DNA of 64,000 nucleotides from Bacteriovoracia bacterium (GCA_050246755.1 JBFWVL010000001.1:832001-896000); one strand, 5' to 3'. Counted from the first letter of the stretch, positions 17,723-28,144 are shown. Numbers and translations are program-made. Notes: a model not told the origin generated them from the letters alone.

Positions 17723-18697
17723 TCAGGACTGTACGGGGCTGGAGATAATATACTCGAGGCCCATTTTGCGGAATCTCTGTAATCTTCCCTGCATAAGCGC
17801 CTCGCCAGCCTGTGGCAGGAGCTCGCTCAATCGCTCTTCGATGGCATCGGCCAATAGCGTGGCCGCCGCTGCGTGGTCACGGTGCGCGCCGCCTTGGGGC
17901 TCGGGAATAATTCCGTCCACTACACCGAGATCTTTTACTTCCGGCGCGCTGAGCTTCAGAACTTTTGCGGCTTGCTCGCACATCGAGCTGTCGCTCCAGA
18001 GAATGGAAGCGCAGCTTTCGGGCGAAATCACCGAGTACGTGGAAAATTCCTGCATCAGCACTTGATCGGCCACCGCGATCGCGAGCGCGCCGCCAGAGCC
18101 GCCCTCGCCAATCACGGCCGTGATCACGGGTACCGGCAAATTAAACATGCGCATAATACTATCGGCGATCGCTTCACTCTGGCCACGTTCCTCGGCGTCG
18201 ATGCCGGGATAAGCTCCGGGCGTATCTACCAGCGTGATAATCGGGAGCGAAAAACGCGCGGCCATTTCCATCAAACGGATCGCCTTACGGTAGCCTTCCG
18301 GCTTGGCCATCCCGAAATTACGGCGCATTTTTTCTTTGGTGCCCCGGCCCTTCTGCTGGCCAATCACCAACACGGGCTGCCCGCGGAAACGCGCGAGCCC
18401 ACCGATGATCGCGGCATCGTCGCGGAATTTTCTGTCGCCGTGAAGCTCCTGAAAATCGGTAAAAATTAACTGAATATAGTCTTCGGCGTAAGGCCGCTGC
18501 GGGTGCCGCGAGAGCTGCACGCGCTGCCAGGGCGTGAGGTTAGTGTAAATTTCACCGATCAACTGCTCGAGCTTCTTTTCTAGGGCTTTGATCTCGGAGG
18601 AGAAATCCATCTTCTCTTGGATCGACATATCCTTAAGATCGGAGATCTTTTTCTCGAGGCTGGTAATCGGGCGTTCAAACTCGTAATAGGCGTCCAT
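17723..18697 (-). CDS. accA: acetyl-CoA carboxylase carboxyltransferase subunit alpha
   Basis: SRHPQRP, RNFGMAKPEGYRKA and GEGGSGGALAI motifs. Confidence 0.98.
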   Translation of the reverse strand: MDAYYEFERPITSLEKKISDLKDMSIQEKMDFSSEIKALEKKLEQLIGEIYTNLTPWQRVQLSRHPQRPYAEDYIQLIFTDFQELHGDRKFRDDAAIIGGLARFRGQPVLVIGQQKGRGTKEKMRRNFGMAKPEGYRKAIRLMEMAARFSLPIITLVDTPGAYPGIDAEERGQSEAIADSIMRMFNLPVPVITAVIGEGGSGGALAIAVADQVLMQEFSTYSVISPESCASILWSDSSMCEQAAKVLKLSAPEVKDLGVVDGIIPEPQGGAHRDHAAAATLLADAIEERLSELLPQAGEALMQGRLQRFRKMGLEYIISSPVQS

Positions 18698-18758
18698 AAG
18701 GGTCCCTATCCTAGCAAATACACGGTAGCTGAGGGAAGTATTGCCAATCGAGAAAGGG

Positions 18759-19442
18759 CTATTTCGGAGGGTTTTCTAGCAGCTGGGAGATCAAAACACG
18801 CCCTTGGCGCTCCTTGATCTTAAAGAGCATGGCCCCAAACTCGTCCAGAAGTATTTTGCGTCGCGTAATATCTTGGGTTCCTAGACAAGAAGCCAGCTTG
18901 CGAAAGGAAAGTGCCCGAGGGCGCATGGCCCATTTACAGTCCGTGAGAAACTCGCAAGTTTCGCGAGCGCTGAGGGCTTGGCCTTCCGTAGTGGCAATGC
19001 TTTCCACCGACTTTTCTAGCGCACCGTCGATGGCCTTAAATTCTTCATTTGGCTTCAGGGAAACCACGAGACCCGCGGATTCGCTAGGTAGCTGGGCTTT
19101 GGGAAATACTGTATTTTCGCAGCGAAACTCTACGGGATATTTCAGGATCGCGCCAGGCGCAGCTAATACTTTATCGATAGAATGCACGAGCAAGGCTTTA
19201 CAAACGCGGCGCCGCGCAGGCGTTGCGCCCTCACCGTTAAATTTTATACCGTAGCAAAGCTGCAGCGTAAGCAAACGGCGATCAAATTCTTCTTCCTGCT
19301 GGGACGCGAGCGTGCGACCGCCGAGGGAGTTTTTCCCTCCGCGAGGAGCCCGTGCCGGTTCGATCACCGCGAAAAAGAAGATCGTAACCAAGAAAATGGG
19401 CACGACCAGGCGCCATGCCCAATGAATCACTTTTTTTGCCAT
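18759..19442 (-). CDS. membrane-anchored hypothetical protein
   Basis: N-terminal TM helix; several Cys; co-oriented with the accA operon. Confidence 0.6.
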   Translation of the reverse strand: MAKKVIHWAWRLVVPIFLVTIFFFAVIEPARAPRGGKNSLGGRTLASQQEEEFDRRLLTLQLCYGIKFNGEGATPARRRVCKALLVHSIDKVLAAPGAILKYPVEFRCENTVFPKAQLPSESAGLVVSLKPNEEFKAIDGALEKSVESIATTEGQALSARETCEFLTDCKWAMRPRALSFRKLASCLGTQDITRRKILLDEFGAMLFKIKERQGRVLISQLLENPPK

Positions 19443-19450
19443 ATTTTATC

Positions 19451-19900
19451 TTATCGTCGCCAGCCGGCCACGCGGCCGTTCTCAAAAATTACTACCCGAG
19501 AGCCATTCAAAGAATAACGAGAACCGTAGGTCCACTTTTCGTGACCAGTACGGGTGGTGCCCGCTACTTCACGCTGCTGTGGTTCACCCCAGGAAGACAT
19601 CACCTGCTGGCGTGTCATACCGAGAACTACGTCGCGAGATTCGATAGCACGGGTAGCGCGGCGGTCTTCATGGCCGATCGGGCCATTCAATTCGCCGTCC
19701 ATTGCGGGAGCACGCTTCGCTTCGCAATAAGGACCCACGCAGGGAGAATCGTCATCCTCGGCGGTAGAGCCATACCCGCGGTCGTAGGCTAAGGTATCGT
19801 CTTCGGTACCCTCTTCGAAAAGGGTGGCGCAGCCGGTAAGTTGGGAAAGTGCCAAACAGGCAGTTAGTAGACAGAACAATCTGAAAAATCCGTTTTTCAT
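19451..19900 (-). CDS. lipoprotein with a BamE/SmpA-like C-terminal domain
   Basis: Lipobox LTGC; GMTRQQVMSSWGEP and EKWTY patterns. Confidence 0.75.
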   Translation of the reverse strand: MKNGFFRLFCLLTACLALSQLTGCATLFEEGTEDDTLAYDRGYGSTAEDDDSPCVGPYCEAKRAPAMDGELNGPIGHEDRRATRAIESRDVVLGMTRQQVMSSWGEPQQREVAGTTRTGHEKWTYGSRYSLNGSRVVIFENGRVAGWRR

Positions 19901-20013
19901 GGTCTCACCTCCGGGTGAAATTACTTGTATGTCTATCGTCAGAGATGGGCAGGGAGTTTACCGACTATTTCACTTCTTTGCAGGAACGCGGAAGACGTTT
20001 AAACTGGGGGCTA

Positions 20014-20679
20014 ATGGCAAAACTAGACGCTTTAAAAGAGAAATTGGCCGGCCTGAAGCAAAAGCTTACGGAAAAGATCGATTCGATCCCTTTCCTGAAA
20101 AAATTCTTCGCTAAACCGGCACCCTCGACGAATACGGCAACCACTCCAAGCCGTTCCGGCGATGCTTCTCTCGGGAAAATATATCGGGGCGGTGGAACCT
20201 TCACGCGGCTGCAAGTATTAGGTTTTTTTCTCTTCCTATCGGGCGCGATGCTGGCTTCCGCCTTCGTGGCTAAACGGGTTTTTGTTAAGCTTCGCGATAG
20301 CGGCCACGGAGCTCCCGCCGAGGAAGTTACCCACGGCATCGGCGACATTAAACGCCGCATGGAAGAAAACGCGAGCGTGCTTTCACTCGGAAAATTCACC
20401 GTGAGCACCTTTGTGAGCGAAAAGCGCGAAACGGCCATGGGCATCGACATCTGGTTGCGAGTAAGTGGAGTGGACGCCGCGAACTTCGTTCAGAGCCACG
20501 AGGTGGTACTACACGATAAGACCATGGACGCCATGAACGAGCTCTATATGCAGCACGTAAATCTTCTTACCGAGCAAGGCAAAGAAAACGCAAAAAATAA
20601 AATCCGCGACTTCCTCAACCAAGTGATCCCGAAGGGCAAGGTGGAGGAAGTCTATTTCTACAATATGGTGGTGCAGTAA
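20014..20679 (+). CDS. fliL: flagellar basal body-associated FliL family protein
   Basis: Single TM; C-terminal LLTEQGKENAKNKIRDFLN...VEEVYFYNMVVQ is typical of FliL. Confidence 0.75.
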   Translation: MAKLDALKEKLAGLKQKLTEKIDSIPFLKKFFAKPAPSTNTATTPSRSGDASLGKIYRGGGTFTRLQVLGFFLFLSGAMLASAFVAKRVFVKLRDSGHGAPAEEVTHGIGDIKRRMEENASVLSLGKFTVSTFVSEKRETAMGIDIWLRVSGVDAANFVQSHEVVLHDKTMDAMNELYMQHVNLLTEQGKENAKNKIRDFLNQVIPKGKVEEVYFYNMVVQ

Positions 20680-20680
20680 A

Positions 20681-22009
20681 TCAGCGGTTTGCCAGCGGCC
20701 CGTCGCGCAGCCCATATTTACGCATTTTTTCGAACAAGGTGGAACGCGCTATCCCAAGCTCCTTCGAGGCGATACTGCGGGACCATCCGTTTCTCTCCAG
20801 CGAAGCCTTGATATAGTCCAGTTCCAGCTCTTTCAGCGTGAATGGCCTCCGCTGCGTTTTCGGCGGGGCAATATTTCCATTTCCCAGGCCCGCAAAATGC
20901 TCCGGTAAAACCCGTACGGCATTCTCGCTCCGGGCGGTGACGCTCGCTCGCTCCAAGCAAGAACGCAGCTCGCGCACATTTCCCGGCCAGCGGTAAGAGA
21001 TCAGCTTACCTTCCGCTTCGTTATCGAGCTCGAGCCCGCGCTCGTCCAAATACTTTTTTGCGATCGCCAGGGTATCCTGCGGACGATCCCGCAACGGAGG
21101 AATCACCACGGTAAATCCCGCGAGCCGGTAGTAAAGATCCAGGCGGAAGCGCCCATCCGCAATTCTACCTTCCAGATCCTGGCTGGTGGCCGATACCAGC
21201 CGAAAATCTGCGCGCTCCGCCTGATCGGAACCAAGCGCCTTCACTTCTCCTGATTCGAGCGCGCGCAGTAGCTTCACTTGCGCCGCGCCCGGGATATCCG
21301 CCACCTCGTCGAGGAAAAGCGTTCCGCCATGAGCCGCCCGCAGCGCCCCGAGCCGTGGCGTCTCCGCGCCGGTAAAGGCTCCCTTTTTATGGCCGAAGAG
21401 CTCGCTCTCCGCTAACGTGCCCCCCGTCAACGCGCCATTCACCGTAATATACGGCCCCTTCAGCCGAGTGCTCCACTGGTGCAGCAGTCTCGCGAAAATT
21501 TCTTTACCCGTGCCGGTTTCTCCCAGCAAAAGCACGGAAGAAGGAGAATGGGCGATCTTACGCAAATTCTTCACGAGCTCCAGCATGAAGGGATCCGCCA
21601 CGATCCAGCCGTTTTCGCAGGTCTCTTCCAGCTCGGAATCATCACTGGTCCAGCTTAAATTAGACCGCCCCAGCCGCAGAATGCCCTGCGCGGGAAGCGG
21701 CGCGCTCTGCACCCGGATGCCGTTGAGAAAAGTTCCGTTGGTAGAACTTAGATCCTCCACGATGTACCCGTCTCCCGCCGGCAGCAAGATGATGCGCGCG
21801 TGCTGGGGAGAAATATAAGGATCGTCGATGGTGATATCGCAATCCTGCGACCTTCCTATCGTGTATTGCGTGCGGAAAAGCCGCAGTCGTCTTTTTGAAC
21901 CATAGTAAGGGCGCAGTACCAGCTCGTGCATGGGCTGCAATCGTTCCGTTTTCTCCGTGAGCGGGCTTTTTAAGCAGGGCGTGGAAATAGTTTCGAATGG
22001 TTGCGACAT
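20681..22009 (-). CDS. FHA-domain sigma54-dependent enhancer-binding protein
   Basis: FHA motifs IGR...SPQHA...STNGTFLNG; GETGTGKE, GAFTGA and WPGNVREL; Fis-type HTH; start uncertain. Confidence 0.92.
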   Translation of the reverse strand: MSQPFETISTPCLKSPLTEKTERLQPMHELVLRPYYGSKRRLRLFRTQYTIGRSQDCDITIDDPYISPQHARIILLPAGDGYIVEDLSSTNGTFLNGIRVQSAPLPAQGILRLGRSNLSWTSDDSELEETCENGWIVADPFMLELVKNLRKIAHSPSSVLLLGETGTGKEIFARLLHQWSTRLKGPYITVNGALTGGTLAESELFGHKKGAFTGAETPRLGALRAAHGGTLFLDEVADIPGAAQVKLLRALESGEVKALGSDQAERADFRLVSATSQDLEGRIADGRFRLDLYYRLAGFTVVIPPLRDRPQDTLAIAKKYLDERGLELDNEAEGKLISYRWPGNVRELRSCLERASVTARSENAVRVLPEHFAGLGNGNIAPPKTQRRPFTLKELELDYIKASLERNGWSRSIASKELGIARSTLFEKMRKYGLRDGPLANR

Positions 22010-22090
22010 TTCATTTCTCCTGTTGGGATTTCCGGAGAGCAAGTTCCCTGCCACCTTGACTAAGCCTGGAAGCTGTTTCACTCTCTCTCT

Positions 22091-22921
22091 ATGCCGAAGA
22101 CCTTCTTCCTCATGACAGCGGTTCTTTATTGGGGCTGCTTTGTGTTACGCGCTTTTCTGCGCGGTAAGGAAAGCGGAAAATTAGATCGCCTTGCTTCGCT
22201 CGGTGAGCGCCTAAGCTTGCTGGTATTTACGGGCGCGCTCGTGGTTTATATCACCCAGCTGCAGATCATCGATGGCAAGGTACACTCCGAGGCCTACGAC
22301 CGCCCCGTGAGCTTCCTGCTTTTCGCCTGGGCCATCTGCGCCGCCCACCTCGGCACCGAGATTCTTTATGGCAATCGCGCCACCGCCGTATTCGCGAATT
22401 TGTGGACGGCCCTGACCCTCACCATCTCTTCAGCCACCACGGAATTATTCAAAGGCATCTTTACCGACGATCTCGGCTGGCTGAGCTTTCACCGCCTCTG
22501 CTTTCTCGTGGGCTACGCATTTTGCATTCTCGCCTTCCCACTCGTATTTCATTTTATTTGGCTGCAGTTTCGCGCCCCCTCCCTTCCTGCGGAAAAAAAG
22601 GCGGAAACCGAACGCACTCTCTGGAAGCTCGACCGCATGGGCTACCGCATGGTGCTTTGGGCCCTACCCCTGCTCACGGCTGGCATCATCGCGGAGGGGC
22701 TAGTGCTCGCCGACAATCACCAGCTTCCCGGCCCCACCGAGCTTTGGACCCAACAGCGGGAAACCCTGCTCGCACTGGTTACCTGGTTCATCTGCGGGAT
22801 CTATCTGCATACCCGGCTTTTCTTCGGCTGGCGTTACGCGCGTTCGGCGGCACTCTACCTCATTGGCCTCGGTCTCGTATTGATTGGCCACTTCAGCCCT
22901 AGTTTCCCCTTTTTCCTATGA
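22091..22921 (+). CDS. cytochrome c assembly CcsA/YpjD-like membrane protein
   Basis: Multiple TMs; His in WLSFH; C-terminal W..(Q)RET..LVTW....YLH...GWR pattern. Confidence 0.7.
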   Translation: MPKTFFLMTAVLYWGCFVLRAFLRGKESGKLDRLASLGERLSLLVFTGALVVYITQLQIIDGKVHSEAYDRPVSFLLFAWAICAAHLGTEILYGNRATAVFANLWTALTLTISSATTELFKGIFTDDLGWLSFHRLCFLVGYAFCILAFPLVFHFIWLQFRAPSLPAEKKAETERTLWKLDRMGYRMVLWALPLLTAGIIAEGLVLADNHQLPGPTELWTQQRETLLALVTWFICGIYLHTRLFFGWRYARSAALYLIGLGLVLIGHFSPSFPFFL

Positions 22922-24783
22922 TCGCCAAAGCCCGCACTCCTCTGCTCTTTTTCCTCGCGCTCTTCGTGGGCGCCCTCGCCGACACTCTCTCCGGCCCTCC
23001 ACAGCCCATAAGCGCCACCATCACCCCCAACCTTTGGGCCGCGCTCCTCTTTCAGTTTGTTCTCTGGATCGCTGCCACGCGTGGTTGGGGAGCGCAGATC
23101 GCCACCCTCTTAGGGTCAGATCTTCCCGAAGAAGGAAAGTGGCTGGGCCTCGGTGCCTTCTTTTACGCACTTATCGCCTTCACGCTAAGTGCCCTAGGCT
23201 TGTTGCGCCCCGAACTGCGTTGGGCTCTGATCCTCTTGAACGCCCTCGGAATCGCCCTGAGCCCCTCCATTAAAATCCCACGCCTCCATTTTATTCTCGC
23301 CATCGCCGGCGCGCCCATCGCCGTTTTATTGGCGCTCATCGCGATTGATTCTCTCGTGATCCATCCTTATTGGGATCCCCTGCATCACCATCTGCTCGGA
23401 CCCCGCATTTGGTGGGAGCAAGGCAAAGTCTATTTCCCGCGCGAGCAGATCAGCGCCTATCAAGAAGGTGGATTCGAGCAATTATTCCTCTGGCCTCATT
23501 TTTTCTTCGCCGGCAAGGGTGGGCTCGGGCTTCTGCCCGTGCAAATTTTTGCCCAGCTCACCCACTTTCTGCTCGGCTTCGGCGGCTCCCTGATCCTAGC
23601 GTACTCATTCCTCCGGCGAGAAATCTCCACCCCAAGCGGAAGAATTTTTGCCCTCATGCTTTTCGCCATTCCCGCCTCGCTTCAGTTCGGGATTCCCACC
23701 GCGAAAAATGGCTGGGGCATGGTGCTCTGGATTCTCACCGCCTTTTCTCTCCTCGGTGAAAGATCCTTAAAGGCCACCTTCGTGGCGGCTTTTCTTTTCG
23801 GATTCACGCTCTTAGCGAAGATCAGCTCGGTGTACGCAATCTTGCCGATCCTTTTCCTAAGTCTCTGTTTTTTTTCCACTCTACGCCGCCCTAAGCCACT
23901 ATTCCTACTCGCCGCCGGCATGCTCCTCGGCATGCTCCCTCTCGCGCTCCGGAATTTTATCGGCACCGGCGATCCTTTTTTTCCTCTATTCGCCAAATGG
24001 TTCCCCCATGCGGCGCTCGGTCCCACCTGGCTAGAAGCCATCGCCGCCTACCAAACCGGACACGTCTCGATTCTAACGAGGCTCTTTGAGTGGTCCCGCG
24101 AGTTTCTCTTCGCGCCCGCCCTAGTGGCCTTACCACTACTTTGGCGCAAACAAGAATCCGCCCTCGTACGCATATTGGCTTTCTCTTTTCCTTTAGGTTT
24201 CCTTCTTTTTTACTTCACCGCCGGCGAGCCCACCGAGCTCCGCCTCATCGGCGCTTGCCTTCCGATATCGGGCCTCCTCGCGGGAATCCTTCTCGATCGC
24301 CTGCTGCAACGCCTACCCTACCGCGAATCGATGCCACTCTTCCTGGTAGCGCTTTCGATTCCATTTCTTCCGTTTCGCTGGGATGCGCTTTCCCGGATTA
24401 AAAAAATTCCCCATCCCGAAGAGCAAGCGCGGGCTTATATAGGAAGCGAGGCGCAAGCTTGGTTTCGCAGCCAGTTCGTGGCGGGCCAAAAAGCGGCGCT
24501 GCTAGTGGACACGCGCCTCTACCACTCCATGCCTTATCCCATCGTGCGAATTTGGGATTCCCCTGCCTTGGACGCGAAGGTACGCGAAGCAAGGTCAGCC
24601 CCTGAGTTTTTGGCCATCCTAAAAAAAGAGGGATTTAGCCACCTGATACTCACCCAGGAAAAACTCGATCTTTTCTATCCGCGGGCTTTGGTTTCTGAGG
24701 TGGAAGGTTGGATTCTCGCCAACGACCAGCACGTTGTTTTTCGCACGCCGTATTCCCTAGTGGTGGAACTTAGCTCTTACTAA
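22918..24783 (+). CDS. polytopic membrane protein, probable GT-C-fold glycosyltransferase
   Basis: Many TMs; YWDPLHHHL, AKN and RNFIGTGDPFFP motifs; ATGA overlap with the ccsA-like gene. Confidence 0.6.
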   Translation: MIAKARTPLLFFLALFVGALADTLSGPPQPISATITPNLWAALLFQFVLWIAATRGWGAQIATLLGSDLPEEGKWLGLGAFFYALIAFTLSALGLLRPELRWALILLNALGIALSPSIKIPRLHFILAIAGAPIAVLLALIAIDSLVIHPYWDPLHHHLLGPRIWWEQGKVYFPREQISAYQEGGFEQLFLWPHFFFAGKGGLGLLPVQIFAQLTHFLLGFGGSLILAYSFLRREISTPSGRIFALMLFAIPASLQFGIPTAKNGWGMVLWILTAFSLLGERSLKATFVAAFLFGFTLLAKISSVYAILPILFLSLCFFSTLRRPKPLFLLAAGMLLGMLPLALRNFIGTGDPFFPLFAKWFPHAALGPTWLEAIAAYQTGHVSILTRLFEWSREFLFAPALVALPLLWRKQESALVRILAFSFPLGFLLFYFTAGEPTELRLIGACLPISGLLAGILLDRLLQRLPYRESMPLFLVALSIPFLPFRWDALSRIKKIPHPEEQARAYIGSEAQAWFRSQFVAGQKAALLVDTRLYHSMPYPIVRIWDSPALDAKVREARSAPEFLAILKKEGFSHLILTQEKLDLFYPRALVSEVEGWILANDQHVVFRTPYSLVVELSSY

Positions 24784-24880
24784 GCCCCGGGCCATCGAGT
24801 AAAAATAGATTTATTCGCCGCAGCAAAACGCGAATATTGATCGCCCGGGGCAAGGGTGCTAGAAAAGGTCCTTGTCGATT

Positions 24881-24967
24881 GGCCCTTTGGCGGAACTGGT
24901 AGACGCACAGGTTTCAAAAACCTGCGCCTTCACGGGCATCCGAGTTCGATTCTCGGAGGGGCCACCA
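24881..24967 (+). tRNA. tRNA-Leu(CAA)
   Basis: Acceptor GGCCCTT/AGGGGCC; anticodon arm CAGGT-TTCAAAA-ACCTG; long variable arm; GTTCGA T-loop; CCA end. Confidence 0.95.
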
Positions 24968-25058
24968 ACTAAAGCAATATTCTGAGCGCGGTTTGCCGCG
25001 CTTGTTTCTTGCTTCTTCTTCCCTAGCTTCACCAAAAAACTTTCGTTATAAAAAGTAA

Positions 25059-26120
25059 ATGAAATCTATATTTTTCTTGGCACTGCTGGCGCTGGTACAA
25101 ATCCCCTTGAATTCCTTTGCCGCAAAAATGTTCCCAAATTCATTGGGCGACAAAGATTTTTTCGTGACTCAGCTCAAGTTTCCCAAAGCGGCCAAAGCTT
25201 TAGCCGCCGAATCTTGCCGCGAAAATATCGCGAGAACTGTCTGTCTGGTGGATCCCATTCCGGACCACGAGAACCTGGGTGCACGAATCTGCCTCGAAGG
25301 CGGCCAAGCGTATGCGAAATATTTTGAAAATCTCTATGATCGCTATCCTCCTGCTCTTCAGAAAATGTTTTGCTCCCTCCGGCATATCTATATCGAAAAG
25401 AAAATGGCGGGCACGGCTTATGCCGGACTCAACCGGGACACAAATGGAAATCCGGATGGCGCGCTCATGGGCGTACGTAAATCAGTGCTCGACGAAGAGC
25501 TCGACCTAAATACCTGGGCCACCTGGAAAGAGCAGCTTTCCTTCGGGGGCGGCAATAGTTACCGTAATCCTTTGCCGACTCTGCCCACCATCACCTCGTT
25601 CAATTCCGCCGGCACGAGCGATTTTCTCTATTTCGTGATCACCCACGAGTTCGGGCATATTTTCGATTTCGCCAATAACCTTAACCAAACGCAGAACTGC
25701 ACTACTCCCGTAGATAAAACGCAGCAGCCGGAATGCGAAATGGTTCCTGGAAGCTGGGGCAGCATTAGCTGGGCCACCAGCCAAAAAGCCAAGCCTGAGA
25801 ATGAGTTTCCTCTGCGCAAGTATCTTTGTTTCTACTGGTGCAATGGCCAAACCATCGCGCACAACGATGTGCTGAACGTCTATTCCGGTCTTGCGGACAC
25901 CGATTTCATCAGCCTCTACGCTACCAGCCAGGCCTGGGACGATTTCGCCGATAGTCTCGCCTACTACCTGTCCTACAAAAACCTCGGCGCATCGTATAGC
26001 ATCGACACCAAACAGGGCCCATCCTACGACATCATGGAAAAACTGCATGCACCGATCTTTGCCAAGAAACGGGAATACATTGAGCGTTTTCTCGAGCGCA
26101 GCGATATCGTTTATCCCTAG
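25059..26120 (+). CDS. secreted putative zinc metallopeptidase (zincin)
   Basis: Signal peptide; THEFGH; FISLYA...DDFADS distal motif. Confidence 0.7.
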   Translation: MKSIFFLALLALVQIPLNSFAAKMFPNSLGDKDFFVTQLKFPKAAKALAAESCRENIARTVCLVDPIPDHENLGARICLEGGQAYAKYFENLYDRYPPALQKMFCSLRHIYIEKKMAGTAYAGLNRDTNGNPDGALMGVRKSVLDEELDLNTWATWKEQLSFGGGNSYRNPLPTLPTITSFNSAGTSDFLYFVITHEFGHIFDFANNLNQTQNCTTPVDKTQQPECEMVPGSWGSISWATSQKAKPENEFPLRKYLCFYWCNGQTIAHNDVLNVYSGLADTDFISLYATSQAWDDFADSLAYYLSYKNLGASYSIDTKQGPSYDIMEKLHAPIFAKKREYIERFLERSDIVYP

Positions 26121-26948
26121 ATGCTCACCTTTCGGAGATTCCTTTTCGTCGTTGCCGCCGCCATTATTTTTGGGAGCGGGATAGCGTTCTACGCACGCAC
26201 CATCGTGCCGAAAACTAGCGCGCCCCTTCAGGAATCAAACGAGAACGCAAAGCTAAGTATTTCACCGAGTCTTACATCGCAATCGCCGGAAGCAACTCCG
26301 GCCGAAGGGCAGAGGAATACTGGGAACTCCCCGCACTCTCTCCAAACTACCCCACCACCGACTCAAATTCCCGAAAAGCGCATGGAGCTTCCTCGCTTTA
26401 GCGGACGCTTCACCTTCCCGCTGCCGCAGGGGAAACAAGGCCACGCCCGCACGGTTTTTGATCTTCTCAAGCCCGTTCTCGCCCAATCCCGATTCTGGAC
26501 GGGTAAGGCGGTCTTTCTTTCCCACGGCAAGCAAATTCCCGCCACTCTAATTGCCCGCTTTTACGATACCAACGACAATAGGTCCACCGACCTCCTGCGC
26601 AGCGTGACGAAGCCAGAACACCTAGGCTGGATGGCTCTTGGCTATTTCGAAGTGGACGGGGAGACCCATAAGTGGTCGACGTCATCGAGCCTCGAAACAG
26701 TTCCTAAAAAAGAAAGTAATTATTATTTATTTATTAAATTTGATGCGCATCCCATTCTCGGCAAAGACTTCGAATACTTGGCCTTGCCGATCCCCGGGCA
26801 ATCGGGGTTGCCGCTGGAGCTTTTACCTTCCGGCCCCTCGGCCACGTGGCAAAACATTGCCGGATTCAGCTGGCAGCCAATATCCGAAGGCGGCTATCGG
26901 GAGTTCATCGGCGAAATGGATCATCGCACCCAGTCTGCGGCCAAATAA
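26121..26948 (+). CDS. membrane-anchored hypothetical protein
   Basis: N-terminal TM and P/S/T-rich linker; abuts the upstream stop. Confidence 0.65.
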   Translation: MLTFRRFLFVVAAAIIFGSGIAFYARTIVPKTSAPLQESNENAKLSISPSLTSQSPEATPAEGQRNTGNSPHSLQTTPPPTQIPEKRMELPRFSGRFTFPLPQGKQGHARTVFDLLKPVLAQSRFWTGKAVFLSHGKQIPATLIARFYDTNDNRSTDLLRSVTKPEHLGWMALGYFEVDGETHKWSTSSSLETVPKKESNYYLFIKFDAHPILGKDFEYLALPIPGQSGLPLELLPSGPSATWQNIAGFSWQPISEGGYREFIGEMDHRTQSAAK

Positions 26949-26996
26949 CTCTTTTGCCGCGTCCCCGAACTTCCAATCCCGTGATAAGCTGATGCG

Positions 26997-27536
26997 ATGA
27001 AATTATTTCAATTTTTCTCTCTTATTATCCTCCTCCTCGCAACCGGCTGCTCCTCCACTCCCAGCAAAGAACTCCCTTCGCAGGAAACGGTAGACCATGT
27101 GGACCTCCAGCGCTTCATGGGCAAATGGTACGTTATCGCCTCCATTCCAACTTCCGCTGAAAAGGATGCCGTGAACGCTACCGAAACCTATACCTGGAAT
27201 GCCAAGGAAGAACGGGTGGACATTGATTTCCGCTTTCGCCAAGGAAGCGCGAGTGGGGAAGAGAAAATAATTCCGCAAAAAGGCTTCATCGAAAATAAAG
27301 AAACGAATGCAGAATGGCGCGTGCAACCCTTCTGGCCGCTGAAGTTCGCTTACCTCATCGTAGATCTTGCTCCAGACTATTCCGATACTATAATCGGACG
27401 CCCCGGCCGGGAAAACGTGTGGGTACTTGCACGCGAACCACGCATGAGCGACGTTCGTTACCGGCAGCTAATGCGAAAAATAGAAGCCTGGGGATATGAG
27501 GTGAAGGAGCTGAAAAAAGTTCCGCAAGATTGGTAA
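26997..27536 (+). CDS. blc: outer-membrane lipoprotein lipocalin
   Basis: Lipobox ATGC; VDLQRFMGKWYVIA and WVLAR lipocalin motifs. Confidence 0.92.
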   Translation: MKLFQFFSLIILLLATGCSSTPSKELPSQETVDHVDLQRFMGKWYVIASIPTSAEKDAVNATETYTWNAKEERVDIDFRFRQGSASGEEKIIPQKGFIENKETNAEWRVQPFWPLKFAYLIVDLAPDYSDTIIGRPGRENVWVLAREPRMSDVRYRQLMRKIEAWGYEVKELKKVPQDW

Positions 27537-27538
27537 GG

Positions 27539-28102
27539 CTAAGCCGACTTCTTCTTATGCGGCTCGAAATGCCATTTTTCCCTTAAGGAATCCATGGCGT
27601 AAATTTCTACGAAGAAAGATTGTGAATTGCACGTGTAAGGAACCACGATCGCCTTCGCCTGCACTCCGGCCAACGCATCCTTCAATTTCTTTCCGGAATG
27701 CACGATCGGGAATGAACAGCGGAACGAATATCCTAGCTTGCGGAATTCCGGGTCCATCTGCCCGAACGCAATATTTAAAATTTCACCCGCGAGGTCCTGA
27801 TTTTCTTTCGTGATCTCCGTTTCCGCGGATTGGAACATATTTTCATAGAGCTTCAAAAACAGTTCTTTGGAGAATCCGAGAAAAAGCTCGATCGAAAAAT
27901 CCGCGGCCTCAAACCTGATCAAGCCGGCCACCGCCACCGATTCCGAATGCGCTTCCCCTTGAATATAGGGCTTACCCGCCACTACCGGCGTTTTAGTATA
28001 GGATTTGATCGTCGACGTTAGAGCGGAGGCAATGATTTTAAGCGCAGGTCCCTGCTTAAAAAGGCCCTCCAGAAAATCTTTCGTATTCTGTTCTTTACTC
28101 AC
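27539..28102 (-). CDS. cheX: CheX family chemotaxis phosphatase
   Basis: DLAGEILNIAFG (E-x2-N) and FPIVHSG; AGGAG RBS before a GTG start. Confidence 0.8.
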   Translation of the reverse strand: MSKEQNTKDFLEGLFKQGPALKIIASALTSTIKSYTKTPVVAGKPYIQGEAHSESVAVAGLIRFEAADFSIELFLGFSKELFLKLYENMFQSAETEITKENQDLAGEILNIAFGQMDPEFRKLGYSFRCSFPIVHSGKKLKDALAGVQAKAIVVPYTCNSQSFFVEIYAMDSLREKWHFEPHKKKSA

Positions 28103-28144
28103 ACAAACTCCTGAAAAACTAGCTCCCAAAAACCACCCGAAGGC

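Noticed and set aside
24881-27000. Possible island downstream of tRNA-Leu(CAA), and likewise of tRNA-Leu(CAG) at 46035
   Set aside because: No duplicated tRNA 3' end and no integrase found by eye.
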